64,000 bases of DNA from Nitrospirota bacterium (GTDB lineage: Bacteria > Nitrospirota > Leptospirillia > Leptospirillales > Leptospirillaceae). The stretch's first letter is position 1. Each line of letters starts with the position of its first letter. The notes under the pieces were generated by a model. That model ran no database searches and was not told the origin of the DNA. It saw only the letters and a list, made by a program, of their open reading frames with translations. This document shows positions 29,662-37,666 of this stretch, in pieces. The position numbers and the translations under genes are program-made. Where the stretch lies: assembly GCA_027415345.1 (NCBI GenBank), contig DAIBTC010000001.1:12555-76554 (forward strand), in the 5' to 3' direction.

Positions 29662-30468
29662 ATGGCCAAGAAGGCCAAGCACGAGGAACATGAAAACCTC
29701 GAACGGTGGCTGGTCTCCTATGCCGACTTCATCACCCTCCTCTTTACCTTCTTCGTGATGATGTATGCCATCTCCGCGGTCAACACCGGCAAGTACAAGG
29801 TCCTTTCCCATGCCATCGTCGCCACCTTCAACCATCAGACCTTAAATGAACACCTTCACATCATCATTCCCCACAACCGGACCCAGGCGGGAAAGGCCTC
29901 GCCCCAGGTCAGGACGGTCCTTTTCCGGGCCATGCAGCTGATCCAGGAAAAATCCTCTTCCCATGGGGCGATGAAGGTTGTCCAGACCAGCCAGGGGATC
30001 CGGATCCAGATTCAGGCGGCCTTCCTCTTTCGGTCCGGACATGCGGCCATCCGGAAGGAGGCCCTCCCGACCCTCAAAAACATCGCCGGGATCCTTGCAC
30101 GGACCAAAAGACCGATCCGTGTCGAGGGGCACACGGACAATGTCCCCATCCGGGGCCGTTACAAGAACAACTGGGCCTTGTCCACCATGCGGGCCGTCAA
30201 TGTTCTGACGGAGCTGATTGCCCTGGGACCGATCGATCCACGTCAGGCCAGCGCGGCGGGGTACAGCCAGTACCGTCCCCTCGTGCCAAACGATTCCGAT
30301 GCCGACCGCCAGAAAAACAGAAGGGTGGAGATCGTGATTTTAAAGGGAGCGGAGAAGTCCCTTCCGTCCCCCACCCCTGTCAACAGTCCGGAGGGAATCT
30401 CCGAAGCCCCCGCGCTTCCGGCCCCGGCCCCTCCGGCCTCGACCGACCTTCCGGCTCCGAGAATCTGA
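29662..30468 (+). CDS. motB: flagellar stator protein MotB
   Basis: N-terminal TM with the conserved Asp (WLVSYADFITLLFTFF); C-terminal OmpA-like domain (NWALSTMRAVNVL...NRRVEIVIL). Confidence 0.9.
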   Translation: MAKKAKHEEHENLERWLVSYADFITLLFTFFVMMYAISAVNTGKYKVLSHAIVATFNHQTLNEHLHIIIPHNRTQAGKASPQVRTVLFRAMQLIQEKSSSHGAMKVVQTSQGIRIQIQAAFLFRSGHAAIRKEALPTLKNIAGILARTKRPIRVEGHTDNVPIRGRYKNNWALSTMRAVNVLTELIALGPIDPRQASAAGYSQYRPLVPNDSDADRQKNRRVEIVILKGAEKSLPSPTPVNSPEGISEAPALPAPAPPASTDLPAPRI

Positions 30469-30479
30469 AGGAGGCATCC

Positions 30480-30821
30480 GTGGGAATCTTGCCCGTTGTG
30501 GGTCTCGAGCAGGTTATCGCCCAGTCGCCGGCCCTTATAGGAGAGCGGGTCCGGGAACAGAAAAAAGAGGAGGGGTCCCCTGAAGGGGCCCGGAAGGCGG
30601 TGACAGCGGATGAGCCGGTTCCCCCTCCGGCCGGTGGGGTCGAGCCCGTCCAGGCAATATCTAAAGGAGAGACCCCGGAAGAAGGGCTGGAGAAAGAGGA
30701 AAAATCGGTGTATCCTCCGGGAAGGAAGCGGGGAAGGCGAGAGCAGAGGCCCGGGTCCGCCGGAGGTCCAAAGAGAGCCGGAGACGGAGCGAGGGGCCAT
30801 CGCCTGGATATCGAAGCCTGA
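30480..30821 (+). CDS. hypothetical charged/Pro-rich protein
   Basis: GTG start 6 nt after SD AGGAGG, directly downstream of motB. No family recognised. Confidence 0.4.
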   Translation: MGILPVVGLEQVIAQSPALIGERVREQKKEEGSPEGARKAVTADEPVPPPAGGVEPVQAISKGETPEEGLEKEEKSVYPPGRKRGRREQRPGSAGGPKRAGDGARGHRLDIEA

Positions 30822-30839
30822 GACTCTGGAGCCGTCCGA

Positions 30840-31412
30840 ATGCCCTGGGCACGATTTGAAATGATTTCGGGACTGGTCGATGTTCTCCTGATCCTGAGCG
30901 CGGTTGTTCTGATGGTCCAGGTCAGGATCCTCAGAAAATCTGTCAGGAAGCTGAAAGGTCGACATCCTGAGACTTATGAAGTTCCGCAGTCGTCTCCCCC
31001 CTCCCGGGTTCTGGCGGTGCCTCCTCCCAAGTCGACGGCCATGGAGGAAGGCCTTGAAGTGGAGCGGCGGCGGCTTGAAACCCTGGTCCGGGAGGCCGAA
31101 CAGCTCCGCTCCGAGCTCTCGATCCTCTTCTATGATGTCCAGCGATTTCTGGACGATCTCACTCCGATCTCCCGTGGCCCGGCTCCGGTCGACACGGGGG
31201 CCCAAGAGGAGGCCGGGAGAATGTTTCCCCTGCCGGATGAGGGGGAGACTCCGGATCCGGGTAGGCTTCCTCATCCAAAGGAGTCAATGAAGGAGACCGT
31301 TCTTCGTCTGTCGAGGGAAGGACGATCCGTACCGGAGATCGCCTCCGCCATCGGCCGGGGGGAGGGGGAGGTGGCCTTTCTCCTCTCCATGGAAAAGGTG
31401 GGGCGCACCTAG
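30840..31412 (+). CDS. DUF2802-like membrane-anchored protein with C-terminal HTH-like motif
   Basis: N-terminal TM (LVDVLLILSAVVLMV), coiled coil, C-terminal VLRLSREGRSVPEIASAIGRGEGEVAFLLSME. Architecture and the position after cheW/motB resemble DUF2802 proteins of proteobacterial flagellar loci. Confidence 0.45.
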   Translation: MPWARFEMISGLVDVLLILSAVVLMVQVRILRKSVRKLKGRHPETYEVPQSSPPSRVLAVPPPKSTAMEEGLEVERRRLETLVREAEQLRSELSILFYDVQRFLDDLTPISRGPAPVDTGAQEEAGRMFPLPDEGETPDPGRLPHPKESMKETVLRLSREGRSVPEIASAIGRGEGEVAFLLSMEKVGRT

Positions 31413-31469
31413 GGGGTGCGGTTTTGGGGGAGGGGGAGACCGGGCAAGCTCTCCAGGGAGGAGTTCGGG

Positions 31470-32387
31470 ATGGAACCGGTTGGCCAAAAGCCTCCTTTCG
31501 GAGATCGTATCCCCTTCCTAAACGCCCTGCCTGAGGAGTTTCTCCTTCGTCTCGTCGATCTTTCCCGCGCCTCCCTGCCCGGACCGAAAATCTCTCTCCT
31601 CCTTCCTGCGGACCTCCTTGCACGGCTCTTCGGACCTTCCTCCGTCCCCGTCCGCTTCGAACTTCGGAGCCCGGAGGCGAGAAAGGCCCTGGAAGCTCTC
31701 CTGGACAAATCCATGGCGGGGGTTCCACAGCCCAGGCTCTCTCTCGAGGTCGCACGGGAGGGGAACCGTCTTCTCTGGAGTGTTCGGGGGAAGGGAGGGG
31801 AGATCCTCCTGACCTCTCCCCTTCTAGCGGTTCGCCCCGGCGTCATCCCTTTAGAGGGAACCCGGACACCTCCTGCGGAATCCTCCCTTCTGGAACCACC
31901 CCTCCCCCTTCTCCTCTCTCCTGCCCCCATCATGACCGGCCCCCTTTCCCGGGAGGAATCGGTCACGATGAGAGGTGGGGCCCTGGCTCTCCCCGCATCT
32001 GCCCCTCTTGCCTCGGGGGGGCCGGTGGCCGCCTGGCCGGCTTTCATTTCCGGGCGGACACCGGAGCTTTCTGTCCGGTGGATGCCGGAAGAAGAAAGAA
32101 AGGGAGCTTTTCCGGGCAGGTCCGGAGGAAATGTGGTCTTTTCGCTCGATATTCCCTGGAAAGGAGGCTCTGATGGACAGCCTTCTTCCGAAAAGGTCCG
32201 CCTGACCGGGTTCTTTGGCCCGGACGGACTCACCCTCATGGGGCGGAACCTTCCGGAAGACTTTCTCCTGCATTTTGGACAACGGCAGGAGATTCTTTCA
32301 GAGAGTCTCAGGATCTTCCCGGGTGTGGAGCTGACAGTCCGGCTGGGTGGGCGAGTCCCTGAAAGGGAGGAAGGTCGAGGTGAATGA
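31470..32387 (+). CDS. hypothetical Pro/Leu-rich protein, possible FliK-like C-terminal domain
   Basis: ATG 31470 follows SD GGGAGGAG. The C-terminal segment VVFSLDIPW...VRLTGFFGPDGLTLMGRNLPEDFLLHFGQRQEILSESL loosely parallels the Flg_hook pattern. GTGA-coupled to the FlhB-C-like gene. Confidence 0.4.
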   Translation: MEPVGQKPPFGDRIPFLNALPEEFLLRLVDLSRASLPGPKISLLLPADLLARLFGPSSVPVRFELRSPEARKALEALLDKSMAGVPQPRLSLEVAREGNRLLWSVRGKGGEILLTSPLLAVRPGVIPLEGTRTPPAESSLLEPPLPLLLSPAPIMTGPLSREESVTMRGGALALPASAPLASGGPVAAWPAFISGRTPELSVRWMPEEERKGAFPGRSGGNVVFSLDIPWKGGSDGQPSSEKVRLTGFFGPDGLTLMGRNLPEDFLLHFGQRQEILSESLRIFPGVELTVRLGGRVPEREEGRGE

Positions 32388-32697
32388 GTCTTTAGGCCGG
32401 GCCGAAACCCGGGATGTAAACACATCCGGGGCCGGAAGAGAGCTCTCGATCGCGCTTCGGTATCTTCCCGGGATCGACGAGGCCCCTCTTGTCCTGGTGA
32501 GCGGCCAGGGAGAAATCGCCCGATCGATCGTCCTCCTTGCACGAAGCCTCAGGATCCCGGTTGTCCGGGATGAAGACCTCTCTCATAAGCTCCTGCGGGT
32601 CCCCCCCGGCCATCCTATCCCGGTTGAGCTTTACGAAGCGGTCGCGGTCATCCTTGCGGTTCTCACCCGGGATAAAGCCGGGGGAGAAGAAGGCTAG
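32380..32697 (+). CDS. FlhB C-terminal-domain-only protein (YlqH/EscU-C-like)
   Basis: SIALRYLPGIDEAPLVLVSGQGEIARSIVLLARSLRIPVVRDEDLSHKLL...PVELYEAVAVILAVL aligns with FlhB of this window from just after NPTH (FAVVLRYHPETMVAPVLVAKG...). It has no TM domain and no NPTH. Confidence 0.75.
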   Translation: MNESLGRAETRDVNTSGAGRELSIALRYLPGIDEAPLVLVSGQGEIARSIVLLARSLRIPVVRDEDLSHKLLRVPPGHPIPVELYEAVAVILAVLTRDKAGGEEG

Positions 32698-33221
32698 ACC
32701 GGAATTTTTTTCCTTCTCTCATTTTTCCCTTACTCTGACCTTCCTCGACAATTTTCCCTTGGCGCTTGCGATCCCGGATGGTCTGCTCCCAGAGGGGGGA
32801 TTTTTTAGAATTGCAAAATCTCCCTTTCCCCTTCGGGATCGGCATTTTAAGGCTGTTATCCCTCGGTTCAGGACAATCTATGCCAGGGACCGGGTCCTGG
32901 CCGGACAAACGCATTGGTCTCTCCGGAGACAGCCCGGCTGGGGACCGGTCCGACAATGAATGCCATCTTCAAAGGGAGCCATCCCTTTCCCCTTGCCGAT
33001 GGCCCAGAAGGGTCTTTGACATTCGGGGCAGCCTCCCTGTGTGGTTTTTTCCTTTGAGGTCAGTAGGGGAGATTTGATTGTTCCTCCGATCTTCAAGGCC
33101 CAACCTTCCATTCCCGAATTTCTCCTATCACTTTCCGGAGCGTCATAATTGTGGCACTTCAGTTCCCTCCTCCAAAGCCGACTTTTCCTGGATCCCCCTG
33201 ATTATTAACCAGATGGAAAGA

Positions 33222-33238
33222 GAGGAATTTTTTTCCTG
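33222..33238 (+). promoter_or_regulatory. 17-bp palindrome GAGGAA-N5-TTCCTG, candidate enhancer site for the flgF sigma-54 promoter
   Basis: GAGGAATTTTTTTCCTG ends exactly 75 nt before the TGG of the flgF -24 element, the same geometry as the 46404 site. Confidence 0.4.
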
Positions 33239-33313
33239 TCCAGAGGTGAAGAAATTTCCAAAAATTCGGGACATATTCATGTATATTATTGCTGTATAAT
33301 GAAATTATAGAAA

Positions 33314-33329
33314 TGGCATGAGCCTTGCT
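33314..33329 (+). promoter_or_regulatory. sigma-54 (-24/-12) promoter of the flgF operon
   Basis: TGGCATGAGCCTTGCT, a near-consensus TGGCAY-N5-TTGCT, 28 nt upstream of flgF ATG 33357 and preceded by an AT-rich tract. Confidence 0.75.
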
Positions 33330-33356
33330 TGGTTCAGGGGGCAAGGAGGACCTTCG

Positions 33357-34157
33357 ATGAGACGCGCCGAATTCGCACTTGTGTCAGGAGCCCAGGGGCA
33401 GGAAAAGATGATCGAAGTCCTGTCGAACAACCTGGCCAATGTGAACACCCCGGGATTTAGGAAGGACCGGGTGACCTTCCGGACCTACCTTCCCCATCGG
33501 GAATATCTTCACAAGACTCCCTCCGATCGTCCGGGATTCCGGATGACGCCCTTCGGGACCTTTCCGACCCCCTGGGGCATGGCCGGATCCGACATCCCCC
33601 ATGCCGGGGTCGACCGGATCTATGTCCGCTACGAGGAAGGAGAGTTCCAGGGAACCGGAAATCCTCTCGACGTCGCCCTGTCGGGAAAGGGTTTTCTGAC
33701 GGTCCGCACGGCGGGAGGAACATTCCTGACCCGGAACGGCCACCTGACACTAGACCAGGAGGGGCATCTGGTGACACACGAAGGTCATCCTGTCCTGGAT
33801 CCTTCCGGAAAGCCCATTCTTCTTCCTCCGGCCTCCCGGGAAAAAATTCGTATCGACGGATTCGGTAAGGTCTACTCCGGAGAACGGATGATGGGGCAGA
33901 TCGGAATCTTCGAGCCCGCCGGGGGCAATGACAGCCTGGTGAAAGTCGGGGAGGGGCTCTTTTATTCCCCGGGAGGACTCCAAAGAGGTGAAGCCCGGGT
34001 CCAGGCCGGGGGAGTGGAAGGGTCGAACGTGAAGGGAACCTCCGAGATGGTCCGGATGATCCAGGGGATGCGGACCTATCAGACGGATCTTCAGGCACTC
34101 CATACCCTGAACGATCTGACGAACCGGACCGTCAACGACATGACAGTGATCGCCTGA
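33357..34157 (+). CDS. flgF: flagellar rod protein FlgF
   Basis: LSNNLANVNTPGFRKDR N-terminal rod motif and C-terminal SNVKGTSEMVRMIQGMRTYQ; immediately upstream of flgG; SD AAGGAGGA. Confidence 0.85.
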   Translation: MRRAEFALVSGAQGQEKMIEVLSNNLANVNTPGFRKDRVTFRTYLPHREYLHKTPSDRPGFRMTPFGTFPTPWGMAGSDIPHAGVDRIYVRYEEGEFQGTGNPLDVALSGKGFLTVRTAGGTFLTRNGHLTLDQEGHLVTHEGHPVLDPSGKPILLPPASREKIRIDGFGKVYSGERMMGQIGIFEPAGGNDSLVKVGEGLFYSPGGLQRGEARVQAGGVEGSNVKGTSEMVRMIQGMRTYQTDLQALHTLNDLTNRTVNDMTVIA

Positions 34158-34177
34158 GCGATCGGAGAGGAGAATCC

Positions 34178-34963
34178 ATGTTTCGGGCCCTCTGGACCGC
34201 TGCCTCCGGGATGGAGACGCATCAGTCCAACCTCGATGTCATCACCAACAATCTGGCGAATGTGAATACCACCGGTTACAAACGACAGCGGGCAAATTTC
34301 CAGGATCTGATGTACCAGACCATGATCCCGGCCGGTGAAGCCCAGTCGATCGAGGGGAATCAGGTCCCCACTGGCCTCCAGGTCGGAATGGGAAGCCGCC
34401 TGGCCTCTGTCCAGAAGGTCTTCCTCCAGGGATCGCTCAGGACGACCAACAATCCCCTTGATGTCGCAATCCAGGGAAATGGTCTCCTGGTCGTGAAACT
34501 GCCGGACGGAAGGCAGGCCTACACTCGGGACGGAACCTTCAACATTGACAGCAAGGGGCGGATGGTCACTCCGGATGGCCTGACGACCGATCCCCAGATC
34601 GTCGTTCCCAAAAATGCCAAGTCGGTCCACATCTCCCCGGACGGGGAGGTGACCGCCACGGTTGCCGGGCAGACGGCCCCTCTCAGGTTGGGTCAGCTCG
34701 TACTGGCGCAATTCATCAATCCGGCGGGACTCGAGGCCCGGGGGAACAATCTCTTCATGGAGACGGCCGCCTCAGGCAAGCCGTCCCTCTCGAGCCCCGG
34801 CGTCAACGGGGCGGGCCATCTCCAGTCGGGTTTTCTTGAAGCGTCGAATGTCAATGTGGCCGAGGAGCTTGTCAACATGGTGATCGGCCAGCGGGCCTAC
34901 CAGATGGATGCATCGGCGATCCGGACCGTCAACCGGATGCTGGGCTATACTGCCACCCTATAG
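34178..34963 (+). CDS. flgG: flagellar distal rod protein FlgG
   Basis: MFRALWTAASGMETHQSNLDVITNNLANVNTTGYKRQR and C-terminal SNVNVAEELVNMVIGQRAYQMDASAIRT. Confidence 0.95.
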   Translation: MFRALWTAASGMETHQSNLDVITNNLANVNTTGYKRQRANFQDLMYQTMIPAGEAQSIEGNQVPTGLQVGMGSRLASVQKVFLQGSLRTTNNPLDVAIQGNGLLVVKLPDGRQAYTRDGTFNIDSKGRMVTPDGLTTDPQIVVPKNAKSVHISPDGEVTATVAGQTAPLRLGQLVLAQFINPAGLEARGNNLFMETAASGKPSLSSPGVNGAGHLQSGFLEASNVNVAEELVNMVIGQRAYQMDASAIRTVNRMLGYTATL

Positions 34964-34971
34964 GAGAAGTC

Positions 34972-35607
34972 ATGCCGACCTGGATGTTTGTCGGGTTTCT
35001 GGGAGCCATGCTCTTTCTTGCCCCCCCCGTTCCCGGAAGGGCGGAAGGTTCCGGAGAGGGTGTGGAGCTTATCCGGGAGGGGACGGGGCTTCTCTCCTTT
35101 GATCGGCGGGAGCTTGCGGCGCGGGTCCGGGAGGATCTCGGGCTTTCCCCCGATGCCCGGATCGAGATCGGGAACCTCCCCCGGCATTTTCATGGGCCTC
35201 TGGGGAACAATCTTTCAGCCAAGATGACGGAGGAAGGGCGGCAGACAGGCGGAAGGTACGTCTTTCTGCTCAATATCCTGGAAGGAGGTGTCGCCCGGGA
35301 GTCCTTTTATATTCCTGTCAAAGTGTCGGAAGGAGCCGGAGGAGAAATGATTCCTTCGAGAGCTCCCAAAGCGGAGAAGAATCCGGTCGACAAGGAGGGG
35401 GAAGGATCCCTGGTCCATTCGGGGGACACGGTGCGCGTGACGGTGATGGGGGCGGGCTTTTTGATCCGCTTCTCCGGAATCGCCCAGGGGGGAGGGTTTG
35501 CGGGAGAGAGGATTCCCGTGGTCAATCCCGTATCCGGACGTAGTCTGACGGGCCTTGTGACGGGCCATGATCAGGTGGTGATCCGTCTCTCCGGGAGCCC
35601 GTCGTGA
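34972..35607 (+). CDS. flgA: P-ring assembly chaperone FlgA
   Basis: Signal peptide; C-terminal SAF/FlgA domain VHSGDTVRVTVMGAGFLIRFSGIAQGGGFAGERIPVVNPVSGRSLTGLV. Confidence 0.8.
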   Translation: MPTWMFVGFLGAMLFLAPPVPGRAEGSGEGVELIREGTGLLSFDRRELAARVREDLGLSPDARIEIGNLPRHFHGPLGNNLSAKMTEEGRQTGGRYVFLLNILEGGVARESFYIPVKVSEGAGGEMIPSRAPKAEKNPVDKEGEGSLVHSGDTVRVTVMGAGFLIRFSGIAQGGGFAGERIPVVNPVSGRSLTGLVTGHDQVVIRLSGSPS

Positions 35608-36197
35608 GGGGGAGGGCAGGAATAACTTCTTGTCTTTCGAGTCTTTTATTGATCCTGGGACTGGGAGGGTGCGCAAAGACGCCTCCTCCGACGCCGGTCA
35701 CCTATGAGGACGGGGCGCCCCATCCCCTCCCTCCCGTCCCCAGGGAAAGGGCCTTCGACGGATCCCTGTACGCGCCGGGAGGGCTGGGAGACCTGGCCTC
35801 CGACCACGTGGCCCTCTCCCCGGGAGATCCTGTGATCATCCGGTTCGGACTGAAGAACGGGTACCCGGGGATTCCCCAGGGACGTGTGACACGCCTGGTG
35901 GGTCAGGTGGTGCGGGTGAACTCCTCCGGGAGCCTCCTCGTGTCGGCCCAGAGGACAGTCAGGGACAGTTCGGGAGTCCGAAGGGTGGTTCTTGTTGGCC
36001 GGGTGGCCCATGAATCCCTCGAGACGGGTAACGAGGTCCCCGTCTCCCTGGTCTCCATGCTCAGGTTTCGCTCAGACAGTCCCTCCGATCATAAAAAGGC
36101 TCCGAATTTCCAGCCTCCTGGAATTCCGGGAAAGGCCGCGGTTCCTCCGGTGGGCTCCGGAGGGCAAAAGAGGAAAGGGCAGGGAAGGACGCCATGA
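35604..36197 (+). CDS. flgH: L-ring lipoprotein FlgH (short form)
   Basis: Lipobox LGLGGC; GSLYAPGG..LASDHVALSPGDPVIIRF and VGQVVRVNSSGSLLVSAQRTV...LVGRVAHESL FlgH blocks. 197 aa is shorter than usual. Confidence 0.75.
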   Translation: MRGRAGITSCLSSLLLILGLGGCAKTPPPTPVTYEDGAPHPLPPVPRERAFDGSLYAPGGLGDLASDHVALSPGDPVIIRFGLKNGYPGIPQGRVTRLVGQVVRVNSSGSLLVSAQRTVRDSSGVRRVVLVGRVAHESLETGNEVPVSLVSMLRFRSDSPSDHKKAPNFQPPGIPGKAAVPPVGSGGQKRKGQGRTP

Positions 36198-37279
36198 GCA
36201 AGGTTAACGTGAGAGGGGCCGGAATCGTGCTCCTCCTGATCCTTGAGGTGTTTTTCTCCGGAACATGGAGGGAGGCCTGGGCCGAGCGGATCGGGGATAT
36301 CGCCCGGGTCCAGGGAATGACCGACAACCTTCTGGTCGGCTACGGCCTCGTCATCGGCCTTCCCGGAACGGGGGACACAAGCCGGAGTCCGTTTACCCGC
36401 CAATCCCTCGTGTCGGCTCTCACCCGGCTTGGCGTCAATGCCAGGGCCCTGGCATCGGCGATCAAGGGACGTAACGTGGCCGCGGTCATGGTTACGGCCC
36501 GCCTCTCTCCCTTTCAAAGGAAAGGGGCCCGATTTTCCGTCCGTGTGGCCTCCGTCGGCGATGCCACATCCCTTCAGGGAGGAACGCTCCTGCTTGCCTC
36601 CCTCAAGGCCCCGAACGGCCAGGTCTATGCCACAGCCCAGGGCCCCGTCGATGCCGATGCCCCGGGAAGGGTCGGGGAGAGGGTCCGGAATTCGGATCCT
36701 CCTGAGGGAAGGCGGACAAGCGGGCTGGTCTCCGAAGGGGGGCTGGTTGTTACGGGGGTTCCGGTTCCCTTCAATGGCCGCCATCATCTGTGGATCAGCT
36801 TGAACAAGGCAAATTTCACTACGGCGGCGAGGATTGCCAGGGCCATCAATGCAGCAATGGGCGGTCGTCCGGCGGTGGCCCAGGATGGCCGGAGCGTTCA
36901 GGTCTCGATCCCGGAGGAATCACGGGGAGAGGTTGTGGGATATATGGCTCGTATCCTGAACCTGCCCGTCACCCCCGACCGGGCTCCTCTGGTCGTGATC
37001 AACCAGCAGACCGGAACGATCGTCATCGGGCGGGGTGTGGAGGTTTCGGAATGTGCCGTCAGCCACAGGGATCTTTCGGTCGTCGTCACAGGAAAGAGGG
37101 TCGTTCCTCCCGCTCCCGACCGGAGCATTCCCCTCACTTATGTGCCCAGAACGGTGACCCTTCGCTCTCTGGTGACCGCCCTTTCCGCACTGGGAACCCG
37201 GACGGGGGACATGATTGCGATCCTGGAGGCGCTCAAGGCATCAGGAGCCCTCGAGGCTGAAATCCGGGTCGTCGGGTAG
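36194..37279 (+). CDS. flgI: P-ring protein FlgI
   Basis: Signal peptide then RIGDIARVQGMTDNLLVGYGLVIGLPGTGD; C-terminal LKASGALEAEIRVV. Confidence 0.95.
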   Translation: MSKVNVRGAGIVLLLILEVFFSGTWREAWAERIGDIARVQGMTDNLLVGYGLVIGLPGTGDTSRSPFTRQSLVSALTRLGVNARALASAIKGRNVAAVMVTARLSPFQRKGARFSVRVASVGDATSLQGGTLLLASLKAPNGQVYATAQGPVDADAPGRVGERVRNSDPPEGRRTSGLVSEGGLVVTGVPVPFNGRHHLWISLNKANFTTAARIARAINAAMGGRPAVAQDGRSVQVSIPEESRGEVVGYMARILNLPVTPDRAPLVVINQQTGTIVIGRGVEVSECAVSHRDLSVVVTGKRVVPPAPDRSIPLTYVPRTVTLRSLVTALSALGTRTGDMIAILEALKASGALEAEIRVVG

Positions 37280-37287
37280 GAGGATTC

Positions 37288-37656
37288 ATGAGATCCGACA
37301 GGCTTCCCCAAATTGCTGACGGGTCCGGAGGGAGATTGCCTCCGGAGGCTCCGGTCCGGAGCGGATCGAAGGAGGATCCTCTCGCAAAGGCGGCCCGGAA
37401 ATTCGAAGCGATGGTTGTGGAGGGAATGGTGCGCGAGATGTGGAAAACCATCCCGTTTTCGAAGGAGGAAAGTGGCTCTCCGGGCCTTTCCATTGCCCAG
37501 GAAATGTATCAGAAGGAGCTGTCAAAGGAGCTGGTGGGTGCGGGAGGATTCGGACTCGCCCGGCAGATTGTCGAAGATACCCGGAAGGGCGAGGGATTGC
37601 CGGAATTGCCGTCTCCGGCCTCGGTTCGTCCGAGCGTATTGTCCGTCACTGTATAG
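37288..37656 (+). CDS. flgJ: FlgJ-like rod-binding protein (no muramidase domain)
   Basis: Rod_binding motif AARKFEAMVVEGMVREMWKT...GGFGLARQI. Only 122 aa, with no glucosaminidase part. Confidence 0.8.
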   Translation: MRSDRLPQIADGSGGRLPPEAPVRSGSKEDPLAKAARKFEAMVVEGMVREMWKTIPFSKEESGSPGLSIAQEMYQKELSKELVGAGGFGLARQIVEDTRKGEGLPELPSPASVRPSVLSVTV

Positions 37657-37666
37657 GAGGTTAATC

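Noticed and set aside
33152-33167. TGGCAC-N5-TTCCC, a possible second sigma-54 promoter in the flgF upstream region.
   Set aside because: The -24 half is perfect but the -12 position reads CC instead of the near-invariant GC, and a much better site lies 160 nt downstream.
32663-33344. Small ORFs in the long flgF-upstream gap (32663..32956 -, 32766..33077 +, 32878..33111 -, 33078..33299 +, 33159..33344 -).
   Set aside because: They have no SD/start context, odd composition (Cys/Arg/Pro-rich or Phe/Ile-rich) and overlap one another. The region is treated as non-coding pending transcript data.
37300-37666. Search for a sigma-28 or sigma-54 promoter dedicated to flagellin 1 inside flgJ.
   Set aside because: No TAAA-N15-GCCGATAA-like or TGG-N9-TGC element with correct spacing was found by eye. 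GCCGGAAT and TCCGAGCG lack a -35 partner.
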